A DNA stretch of 62,188 nt, the filler included, from Choristocarpus tenellus KU-1152 (Eukaryota; Protista; Phaeophyceae): the NCBI GenBank assembly GCA_964200185.2. It is 12 parts of 12 records of this genome, joined end to end, with 100 filler letters (N's around TTAATTAATTAA, not from the genome) between each part and the next. Parts side by side here need not be neighbours in the genome. Positions count along the whole stretch, not along the records: positions 45,135 to 53,639 come from CAXNAD020004641.1; positions 53,740 to 58,634 come from CAXNAD020012633.1; positions 58,735 to 62,188 come from CAXNAD020019929.1; 9 more parts are not named here. One strand, written 5' to 3'. Position 1 is the stretch's first letter. Every line of letters begins with the position of its first letter. Below are positions 51,900 through 62,188 of the stretch, in pieces. The notes under the pieces were generated by a model, which worked only from the letters and a program-made list of their open reading frames with translations, did no database searches and was not told the DNA's origin. Both the position numbers and the translations under genes were made by a program.

Positions 51900-53520
51900 A
51901 CCTCAATTCACTTCATCCTACGTGCTTTATGGGATGTATCCATAATATTTCTGGCGTGGCTCGCATGTGAAAGGTCTAACCAATGCGATATCAGTCCTCA
52001 CTATATCCAACACCCCGTTGTTGACGTATTGAACATTAGGTGTCATCCAACACGGCCATACTCCGTCGAACACATCAGGACCATATATTGTGCATGCCTC
52101 CTCGTCCAAACAACATGGCAGCATTACCGATGTTTGCATCATGAACATCGAACTCGAGTGTCAAGGGGAAACAAACCCACCAACCCATGTTGTAACCTTG
52201 CTTTATCACATTCAGGAAACGGGGACTCAAGAGACTGCCCAAGACCAGTGCCGCTCGTTCGTGGAAGAAATCCAAAACGAACCAGATCATGAACCTCTTC
52301 CTCTCCATGTTTGTCAACCACGATGGTCTACAAGATGTGGAAGAAAGCGGCCGCACTTGGAACGACCTTGCCTCTTGGTTATTGGACGAGAAAAGCAGGT
52401 TTGCACCATTGGCGAGCGCGCTGGGAGTTGTGTTGGCTTGGGAACAACGCGAGTCTACACCTGATGTCCAGATCAAGACATCCCTCCTAGAATGTGTAAA
52501 GAAAGATCTTAGCACCAAGCATACCCGCCAGGTATACAACTTCATCCTTGTCGGCATCGCTCCTGATGTTGAAATAGTTGATGACGGGGTGACATTGACG
52601 TTTCAACCCCTTCTGTCCGTCACAGCAAGAAAATATGACATCAAGGTCGAAACACTAAGGTCTTCCACGAAGAAACGCACGGACTTCATACGATATATTC
52701 GGCGATAGACGCGTCCCTCTGCAGTGCCTGCCAAGGACGCTGGAGGATCGTCTCCCGTATCCGACACTCGCGCCCTTCCATGCTCTCCACAAGGCACCAC
52801 CCAGAGGTATGGAAGTTCCTACTCACCAGCCATCAACGGTGTGATACACACAACTTGGTCCCCGGGCGAACACGTCCCCTGCACGTTCCCCAACAATTTA
52901 ATCATTATATGATGCTCGGATGATGCTTTGTTTTCGTGGTGCGCAACTGACGCTCATTCCATATGTTCCTTTGTTACCCCAGACAAAGTGGCAGATCAAG
53001 GGTATTCGACGTGGGAAGGGACAGCTCCTCATGACAGTTCGATGTGCAGCATCCTGATACACATGTTCTTGGTATCACTGTATGGGAGAGCAATAGCACC
53101 GCCATGCTCCAGATCCGATCACGTCTCATGATTCCACTCGGGGCATGCACTACTTGGACCTGCATACGAACAAGAGAGCGTGCCACCCAGATGCACTGTG
53201 TCAACAGCACGCTCAGAGGAACTCCACCCGAGCGACTCGCATCGGTACAAGGGTTGTGTATATCCCCCATCCAAACTAGAGATGAATCATTATCTCATCT
53301 TCATCCTCGACCAACCAAATTTGAACATAACACGACATATACATGGTACAACCGACGTGGCAACAGGACACAAATTGGGGCAGATGAGGATGTCTATGCG
53401 AACTTCAGGGAGAGATTCGAACTGGAGGGGACATCAGGACCAATACCCCATCTGTTGACATTCGTGAAGTGGAGACTGTTCTACATCACAAAGGCCACGC
53501 CAAGGTGTGTTTGGAAATAG
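51900..53520 (+). pseudogene. Intronless, frameshifted coding-like tract of unknown origin
   Basis: Consecutive overlapping plus-strand ORFs (124, 139, 62, 67, 158 aa) in shifting frames, without microsatellites. Confidence 0.35.
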
Positions 53521-53930
53521 TCTTTCGATTTTTAGGACATATGCTATAGTGGAATTTGGGCAAGTCTATGGTTCCTAACCGCCACGGGCTACCCAGTCAC
53601 ATACCGCATCGTCCATCTCCACACTCAGGGGGTGCTAACNNNNNNNNNNNNNNNNNNNNNNNNNNNNNNNNNNNNNNNNNNNNTTAATTAATTAANNNNN
53701 NNNNNNNNNNNNNNNNNNNNNNNNNNNNNNNNNNNNNNNTGTACTAGAGATACGTTGAGTCATTTGGTATTCTGAGTCATTAAGTGTAAGGACTGGTGAG
53801 CCCCACCTAGTGAAGGTATCTCACTCTCTTCTTAACTGTGGTACAAGTTAATAAACAATAATATAATTAGTTGTGTGGGACAACAGATCGCCAAGGACAG
53901 CTTAACATCAGGAGTACGTAAAGTGTTTGC

Positions 53931-54066
53931 GTTATGAAAAGGTGTGTTCGAAACAGGGATATTGACACTTCCTAATAAACACAATAGTCGAAATTACAAC
54001 AAAATTGCAAAATTGGATTTTGGTCCCCAAATGGACTCAGCTTTACCCTCTAAGATACTTTGACTC
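53931..54066. mobile_element. Truncated family A MITE, one TIR
   Basis: Homologous to half of family A; ends TACCCTCTAAGATACTTTGACTC. Confidence 0.8.
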
Positions 54067-54541
54067 ATCCTTACCACCTCCTCCTGTATATATTTGTCCA
54101 AACGGGAGAAGTAAATGATTGAAGAGAGCGTTGAGTGTTCCTCACCGCTCGTCCTTTTGCATACTATGTAGCGTGCTACATTCAGCCACAGCACATAGCA
54201 ACATACTCCGTGGAGTATCAACATAATGATGATCTGTCCTTGCTTACATTACTCTGTTGGCCGTGTGTTCATTTTGTGTTAAGGCTGTTTCTCCCCCCCA
54301 TGACCAAAATGATATCTAGGAGTATCTTCCTCTGTGGTATGTCAGTGAAGTGCTCCTATGTATTGAATGATAGAAATTGCTTCAAACTATTCATTGCTCC
54401 TTCATTCAAGCAACAGGTAAATACAACCGCAGTAGTGGTACTATTGCCTCAACTTCTTCCCCCTTCTGGTAGGGAGGGATGTTTGGAATGCGTTTGGGAA
54501 GGATTTGTAAGACCCACACAAGGAAGTGTGAGATACATGGT

Positions 54542-54800
54542 GAGTGAAAGTATCTTAGAGGGTACGAGTTTTGCCCTGTTTGTCCATTCGGGGCTTGGCT
54601 TCCCACGGGTTTTTAATGACACTTTACCTACTCCAAAGTGTTTTTGAGTAGGTAAAATGCATACTTTATGAAAAGGTGTGTCCGGATCAAGGATATTGAC
54701 ATCTCCTAACAAACATGATAGCCAAAATTACATCAATATTGCATCATTGGATTTTGGCACCCAAATGTATGCGGCTCTACCCTCTAAGATACTTTGACTC
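54542..54800. mobile_element. Family A MITE, 259 bp (TSD TGGT/TGGA)
   Basis: GAGTGAAAGTATCTTAGAGGGTA...TACCCTCTAAGATACTTTGACTC. Confidence 0.9.
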
Positions 54801-57480
54801 TGGAGATGGTAGCAATTCTAGCTCGCTTTGCCACAGATACAATGCGTTACTACTTCTTGATTGAAACAGTACCTACACCGATCTTATGTTGCCTCGAGTG
54901 TTGTTGTTGGGTATAGGCTCAGAATGAGCCCTAGTGTATCGCTATACCTTGGAGGGGGGTCTATTCTGGCCCTTTTGAGTAATCGCGTGTTTTCTTATAC
55001 CCTCTGCTTGACACCCTACCCCCGTCGCTGAGATTGCCTGGAACATAGCTAAGCCCCCATCCTGACGAGGTTGTGGCTGTAGAAAGAAGAGACAACGTTT
55101 CGTCCACAGCAGCACAAAATTGCCCTTCACATGGTGCTAGACGCACAGATACTAGAAGGAATCCACAGGGGCCCCAGCTACTCAATGACACACCCCCCAA
55201 GAGCCTCTAAGATAAGATAGCTCAGATGCACCATTGGTCAGCCATATTGCATCCACAATTATGTTACTTTGCCTGAAGTGTCTGTGCAAACTTTGGCGGC
55301 ATCGCTGCATCGCAACAGGCAACCGACCGTTGGAGGGAGGGCGTAATCTCGAAAATATTATTCCCTACACCTAATCTCAACCCTTCCTTGTCCGCATCTG
55401 GGTTTGTTGAACAACAAACTGCTGCCTTGCTGAGCATTTCAGATTGATCAATATATGCTGAATTGGTGTACCATCTGCACGAGCTCTACCTTCTTTCTAC
55501 ATCAGTGAAGGAAATAGTAAATAATATATATATATATATATATATCGATCACACCGTTCTCTCCTTGTGTCGTCAGGGGGGGCATCACGAGTGACTTGTT
55601 TCATGTTCTATCTTCTACTGTTGATGCATGGCAACAATGTTGTTCGCAGGTTCTAGCTAGTCCACTCCGGTAGGTGTGGAGGGAACCATTGAAACCTGAT
55701 TTCGTATGAGTTGTGCATTGTTGTGATGTTTCTAGTTCGTAAAGAAGGGTATCATAGTTCAACAAAGCAGTGAACTTGTTCTGGTAGGTCTGATGACATG
55801 TTTTACTCAAGCAGACTACGATTGATGTGAAGGTGCGTGTTGTTGTGCCGTTCTTAGCAAGTTTAGAGACAGGTGTCTGTCATAGTGCAACAAGACATCT
55901 GCAGGTTCGGTCTAATGTGTCTGAAGGCATGTCCTGCTCAATCAGACTATTATGGCTGAAGAGAAATGTGTGGTCATTCACTGAGACGCTCAAATGAAAT
56001 AAATAAATTCATCATCTGCGAAGAGGGTTGATACCTTAGCTGAGAAGGACTTTGAAGGATGGTTTTAACTCTGATTATATTGCATCCTGGTGTGTGTCTG
56101 GAACATATTAGAGAGTGAATAGGATGTGTTGTGTGAGGGGGCAATGCCAGTCAAGTAAAAAATGATAATCAACGCATGGTATGGAGTTGATAACTTATGT
56201 GAAAAAGAAGTAAAACAATGAAGAAACAAAAAGGCAAGCTTGAATCCATATCTAAGGTAACTACTGCAGCGCATAGTATGCCTGTATATGTGATAGGTGT
56301 CGACTGTTCCTATGGTTTCTGTCTATTATGATATTGTGAAAGCAATTGAGTAAGTTGAGATGATGAGCTAATAGTGTAAATGGGAATATCGACCATTGCG
56401 ATGGACAAACCAGCGTTCAGTATAGACTGACGATACTGTATCGTATCAAAGCAAATCGAATGAGTAGCCTATGTTTCAGCAGGAACAAAGTCGCGCCCGC
56501 ATTTTGGGTTCATTGGCGGATGACAACTTTTCATACAGAACAGTGCTTAACCTATGCTACGGTAGACTGCTCAATTACTTACGTGGTCCACACAAAGGTG
56601 GTATCAAGTAGGTTGTTGACTACACCCACACTGCAAAATATCTACCTACTACTGCATTGATGTTCACCTCCTTCTCAGATTTCTTGTTGAAGCGATCAGG
56701 TGTCTGGAGGCAGGTAAAATCATTGGAGTAGGATATGTCGCACATGATGACTCCACAGGATGGAGTACAAAAAAGCGTGTTGGTCAACAGAAAAGAACGC
56801 GACACCAGGACAGGGCATTTTTTGTGATCATCAATAAAATATTATTCATTTTATGTACACACTACACATCACTACCAAAGGGCTATGGGGCAGGGGGCAC
56901 AGGCCAGGGACTACGGCCGTCTATGTAAATTCCTTCACGCCCTATTGATCACCTCACCCGATAATATTTGTCCACCATGGTACAAATGTAACTATTAAAA
57001 GACTACATATACATCATTCCTCGACGAAAACAATAAAACGTACTTCGAAGTAGTTGCACGAGCAGATCCATCCTTGTTCGAGGAGAACAGGACTTGCCCG
57101 GGAGGCTGGCACACTGACATTTCATCATCGGCTCACTCTCCACACAAAAATACCCAGGACTGTCGCGTAACATCGCGACGAGTCATGCTGCACTGTAGCA
57201 CACAAACCCTTTCCTCCCTGGCCGTGTTGCTCGACTCGCTTCGAAAATGTTCACTCATCATACACGCTAGGGAAAAGGACGTGCCCTTCCGCACAACCAA
57301 GTCTTACTAACACCAACAACATCGTCTGCTCCGTATTACACCGGGCGACAGGCCAAGGCGCTAAATGCTGTTACACGGAATGCAGACCACAAAAACCCCC
57401 CATCTGATCCGACGAACCAGGGTGCCAGTAATACGCAGCACACACACACAAACCAAAACTGTGAAAGTGAGACTGAACAT

Positions 57481-57975
57481 TTACGCCCAGGGCATGTCCT
57501 CCTCCAGCGGAGTACCCCAAATGGATCTGCTCCGTGCCCTCTTTTCGCCCCCGTTCTTGTACTCCTTATCGGCTTCCGTCCACGAGACCCACATACCCCT
57601 CAGCTTTGCACCCAGGTCGGAGTTGTCCCAGCTCCCGCCCCCCCTCTGCATGTAAGGCAAGGCCTCCCTTGGCGTCGTCTTGGGATCCTTGGGGAAAAGG
57701 TGCGAGGCCCCGCTCGTTTGCCACGCCTTCATCGATCGGCTCTGGAACTTGGTGATGCCAATGCGTCCGAGGTTGCTCTTCACGATCGTCTCCTTCTTCT
57801 TGATGCGCTCATATTCTTCTGTAGAGACACCATCGGGGACGTACCCCATGCGAAGCGGCCTGGACGCCACGACCCTTGCCTTCATCCGTTGCGAACCCGA
57901 AGTGGGAGCGATGAAGGCGGCGGCGCCTGCTGCCAGGAAGAGGATGCAGAACACTGTATGAAGGAAGCGGGCCAT
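57481..57975 (-). CDS. Intronless 164-aa plastid-targeted protein of unknown function
   Basis: Signal peptide ending AAA|FIAP (ASAFAP-type), basic S/R-rich transit peptide, GYVPDG.S.EEY motif, visibly GC-rich third positions. Confidence 0.85.
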   Translation of the reverse strand: MARFLHTVFCILFLAAGAAAFIAPTSGSQRMKARVVASRPLRMGYVPDGVSTEEYERIKKKETIVKSNLGRIGITKFQSRSMKAWQTSGASHLFPKDPKTTPREALPYMQRGGGSWDNSDLGAKLRGMWVSWTEADKEYKNGGEKRARSRSIWGTPLEEDMPWA

Positions 57976-58763
57976 CTTGCTCTCGGGTGCTTTGGTGCTG
58001 AACTGCGTCGGTTTGTGTTATCGTGCCTTGCAGAGAATGGAAGTGGTGTTGTGGGGAGGAGTCGGGACGGGGGACGAGAGGGGTAGGTTGGGAATTCAAT
58101 CAGATCAAAGAGCACGTACCTGCGCTGGTGCGAGTGAGTAGTTGTTGCGCTGTGCGCTGAGTGGATAGACACGTACATAAATAGTGTTGATGGTCTGATC
58201 ACATTGTTCGAACACGTAGGAGTTGTGTACCACTAATATGTTACTACTGACTGTTCTGCGCTGTCTTTGGGTATGGTGTCACAGTAAAAAAAAACACCTC
58301 TCTCTACCCCAAATAATCAACATCTACATTTAATATGGATCGGAAAGAGTTTCATCATAATTCTTTTTTGAACTTTTTGGACGAGTCACTTGTGGAAAAT
58401 TGTGAAGTGAGATTTTGTATTGTTTTCTTTTTGTTGTCTTATCGATTTGTAGTGTATGTGGTTTGGATTATTGTTTGGTTGAAGATTCTTTCTTGTAGCG
58501 GTCTTTTTTTATCTTCCTATATTTTCTCTGTCTTTTTGTTTACGCGTGATGAGGTAGTGGTTTATTATATTATTATGCCCTCTGACATTTTGCAGATGTG
58601 TCGGGGGAAACCAATGAAAACTATATACATATGTNNNNNNNNNNNNNNNNNNNNNNNNNNNNNNNNNNNNNNNNNNNNTTAATTAATTAANNNNNNNNNN
58701 NNNNNNNNNNNNNNNNNNNNNNNNNNNNNNNNNNGTTCCTTTCGTTCATGTCCCCCTTATCAG

Positions 58764-61690
58764 GGGCTACTCCGAGCGCCAGAAGATCATGGCCGCACAC
58801 GTCGAAGGCCAGTTCGTGGAGGTGTTCTTCACTCCTATCAATCTTGGAGGAGGTACGTACTGTAGAGTAGCGTAAGAGCTAATCAACGGGTAGTGGAGAT
58901 CACAGACATGTACATCAGCTGTATGGGTGTATGTCCTCTACATTGCATAAACAAATTGCATTACCCCTCTTTTTAGTTCCAAATAAAAAATGCGTAAATG
59001 AGCAGAGTACTTTTTGCCAACAGTTGTTGAACATCATTGTTCGTGCAGGTTGTAACCTTGTCTACACAGCCACCCACCTTGCCCTCACAAGGTTTATCGA
59101 CAAGTATCGCACCAGCCTCAATGACTCGGGGAATTGCATCATCCAACCCGCGCATTGGCAAGTAAGAAGGTTTCATCTTGACACGACCTACTCAACACAT
59201 ACTCGCTGAATACCAGTCACCAAGTAACTAACTGCACGGTCTTTAGTTTTAGTTTGTGTGTTGCAACCTGCATGTATTATGGCGGTGATGTAGAGATTGC
59301 GCTCTAGCAATACTGGGAACCTACCCTGTTCCTCCATGAAACGCGGCGAAATGGGCTGACATATTGGCCTCACGCCCATCCCTCCCTCGCTTCCAACTCC
59401 CCAAACTGGCCAGGTCGACAACTGCGTCTCAGAGAACAAGAACAATTTCTTTCTCGGATACGTGGGGCTGTTGGTTGCGGCGAGTGTCATTCATGTGGTC
59501 GAGATACATTTTATGATGGTGGGGCACACACACATCAAAATCGATCAGATCTTCTCCAGGTAATTAGGCAAGATATGCAAGTTCGATAGCCACATAGTGT
59601 TATTATATGGGCAGATTCAGCCTCGAGGCTTGCAGCCCACGCTTGTTGCATTCCTGGAAGGTTTATGGCCGTAAGCTGTAATTGATCGATTGGCTTTTGA
59701 TTTCCCCACAACAAAATTTACCGATAAGAGCAGCTGCCAAAACTGTTTCGTAACATACTCTCGAAACAAAACAATGAACAAAAAATGTACGCATCACCCA
59801 ATTTTATATTGATTTTTCCATATAAATGCATCAGAGCATGTGCCTGCATATATATCCTGCTTATCCACTTCGCTTCTTTCGCCCCCACCTCGAAATTAAC
59901 TTGCTTGCATTTCACCTTCAGGTTCTCATGTGGAATTAAAGGCAAAAACATATTCACAAGAACACTGCTGGGTGAAGAGCTGCAGGCCTCGTACACGGAG
60001 GTTCCAGTATACTACAAGACCCTGCGGAACGAGGGCAATTTCAAAGGACTCCTTCGCGGTCGCGTCAACCATGTCCCCAACATCACGAGCTACAGGGCTT
60101 TTCGCGTTGAAAAAGGCGGTGACGGGCAGGTGAAGGCCTGTGTAAAGCGATACATGCACAGCACAGAATGGAGTGGGATAGGCGGAGACGTTGCTATGGA
60201 CCCCAACTCCCCTCCGCACGACCTCTTCATCGGCCACCCGCCTTGTATCCAAGATGCACCACCCTGCCAGCTCAAGAGCGTTCCCAAAGACGTCATCCTG
60301 AAGGTGGAGCAGCGGTAACAGGCGTCGCACGAGCGCCTCCCTGCTGCGTACCCACTGGGTAAGTCGATTTTTTCGTGAGGGGAGTTGATAGCTAATTTTG
60401 GTATTTGGTGGCAGCCAAAAAAATCAGGTGCAACTTTTGTACGAGGCAGCATTTGCAGCCTTTAGAAAAAAAATCTTGAAAAATATTGCATCATCATGTG
60501 TAGTGATCGTCGCATGTTACAACAAAAATTGCCATAGATTGCTCCTCATAAATGTTTTGAGGGTACTGATCTTGTACTCAACAGAGACGCTTCCGACGAA
60601 ATATACACCCTCCCTCTCACCGCATGCTCCCCGAGCGCATTCGTGAAACCTCACGCCTTGTAACAAAGTAACATTCATGCATCCATACCGTTGATGTCCT
60701 CGTGCTCATGGATTCCACCTTCACAGACGATGAAGCCGTTCAGAGAGCGAAACATGAGCAAAGCGAGTCTGTGCGACTTCTCCAAAAGACAGGGGAGCGA
60801 GATTTCGACCTTCCAGTCCATTGGCTTCCCACTGATGATGATGGCGCTGGAACTAGCACTGGCGACGTCGAAGACAATGACCAGGGCGAACGTTCAGGTG
60901 GGGGAGATAATCTCGTCAACGGTGACAATGATCTCGGCAAGCTCGAGGAAACACACTCTTCCTCATCGGACAGTGACAAGGAAGAACCTGGCTCCCGTCG
61001 ACGGGGTTGGCTTCGTACTACGTTGACATCGGGGAATCATGGAAACCTAGTCTCAGTGCAGGAAGGTAGGTTTGTCTTTTTTGTGGCAACGGAGGTGCCG
61101 CTCTTGGTCGTCAAGATCCTAGCGGAGCGCGTCGGCGAGGACAGGGAGCGTGGGGTGGATATTCACTGGAGCCAAAGTATCTTAGAGGGCAAGGCCACGT
61201 CCATTTGGGGGCCAAAATCCAACGTTGCGATTTTGATGTAATTTGGCTATCGTGTTTGTTAGGAAGTGTCAGTATCCTTGTTCCGGACAGACCTTTTCAT
61301 AACGTAGACATTTTACCTATTCCAAAACATTTTGGAGTAGGAATATGTAACAAAAAACCCCATGAGAAGCCAAGCCCCAAATGGACAAACAGGGAAAAAA
61401 TCGTACCCTCTAAGATACTTTCACTCCTGGCTTTGGCCGACCAGTGATCACACACGTGACAAAGCCGTGCTAATGCCCCTTTAGAAATATGGCAAAAGTA
61501 GTTTTGTAGAAGGCTGGGTGCACGCTGGTGATAGATCCGGGCGAGGTGGGAAACAGAAGCGAGTTAAAGACGTTAGCTGGGAACACGTGGCGGGTATTGT
61601 TTGGACTAGCGAGAAACTTGTTGGGAACGGCAAGAAGATTCCTACCAAGGTCTTGACGGTTCTACAGTCTGCTATCGAGGTGAGGGAAAG
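58764..61690 (+). pseudogene. Sola-type DDE transposase gene with spliceosomal introns, decayed; exons 58764-58852, 59049-59161, 59414-59559, 59922-~60358, then disrupted 3' part
   Basis: Spliced peptide GGGCNLVYT..AHWQ|VDNCVSENKNNFFLGYVGLLV....VEIHFMMVGHTHIKIDQIFSR|FS matches the Q.DNC..ENKN...VGHTH..IDQ.FS core of Sola-type transposases. In-frame stops at 60316 and 61482, and a MITE insertion. Confidence 0.8.
61169..61426. mobile_element. Family A MITE, 258 bp, inserted in the transposase coding region
   Basis: GAGCCAAAGTATCTTAGAGGG...TACCCTCTAAGATACTTTCACTC; CTG(G) duplicated; removal restores ..VDIHWLWPTSD.. in frame. Confidence 0.92.
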
Positions 61691-62188
61691 NNNNNNNNNN
61701 GGACGGAACGCTACATTGAAGGGACGAGGAGAGGAGAGGGGGGGGGAGAATGGGGACGAAAGCGAAGACAACAACGGCGACGATAAGGAGGAGGACGAAG
61801 AGGAAGATGAAGAGGAGGAGGAGGACGAGGAGCAGCAGAAGGAAGACAAGGACGACGAGGACAACAAGGACGATTATGATAAGGAGAATATCGGTACGTG
61901 GCAGGGTAGAGGGGCCTCTGCCAGTGCAGGCGCATGTACTGGGGTGCCCTTGCATACGTCCGTCCAAGGACGTATCCTTCAAGCATCTACAGGATGGAGC
62001 AGTACGGCGGCACGGAAGAGACCTTTGGCTCCTACGCAAACGCTGCAGGCAAACACATGGGTTAGGTTTACCGCCAGTCACTTTCGGCCCAATTCTGGCG
62101 CCAGGGAAATGTAGAGACGTCGGATTAGCAATCATGTGGCAGATATTCGTATTAGTAAAGTATACCTCGTAGGCGTCTTGAAGAATGG

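Noticed and set aside
56620-56830. RING-finger remnant on the minus strand (CPV...PSCGVIMC)
   Set aside because: Too few ligands in correct spacing and no joinable exons.
8580-58734. Recurring TTAATTAATTAA palindrome as a biological motif, and any gene cluster spanning it
   Set aside because: Always centred in identical N-padding; it is an artificial six-frame-stop joiner, so cross-linker neighbourhoods are not evidence.
61701-62114. Acidic E/D-rich ORF as a separate gene
   Set aside because: Follows a 10-N gap; more likely the low-complexity tail of the transposase pseudogene, frame unverifiable.

Overview
Eukaryotic, intron-rich DNA, most likely a brown alga or close ochrophyte relative (mastigoneme-type EGF gene, bipartite signal+'AAAF' plastid targeting, long microsatellite-rich introns, TTAGGG motifs). 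The window is not one locus: it is 12 contigs joined by an artificial 100-bp linker (44N-TTAATTAATTAA-44N), so adjacency across linkers carries no biological meaning. Genes rebuilt by hand from splice sites and frame: a complete F-box/tandem Tudor-like/CaaX protein, a complete intronless plastid-targeted protein, and partial genes for a GT-B-like (MGFGHHRIA) protein, KNTC1/ROD, SYF2, a mastigoneme-family EGF protein, an MLO-like protein, Cnx1/gephyrin (MoeA domain) and an EXS-family protein. The last third is transposon-rich: a decayed, intron-containing Sola-type DDE transposase and a ~258-bp MITE family (GAG...CTC ends, 4-bp TSDs) with one copy nested in another and one inserted in the transposase gene itself, plus a second ~180-bp MITE family sharing the same subterminal motif. 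Splice signals look relaxed (GC donors, AAG acceptors), and short telomere-like tracts appear oriented relative to splice sites. All family assignments come from motif recognition, not database searches.
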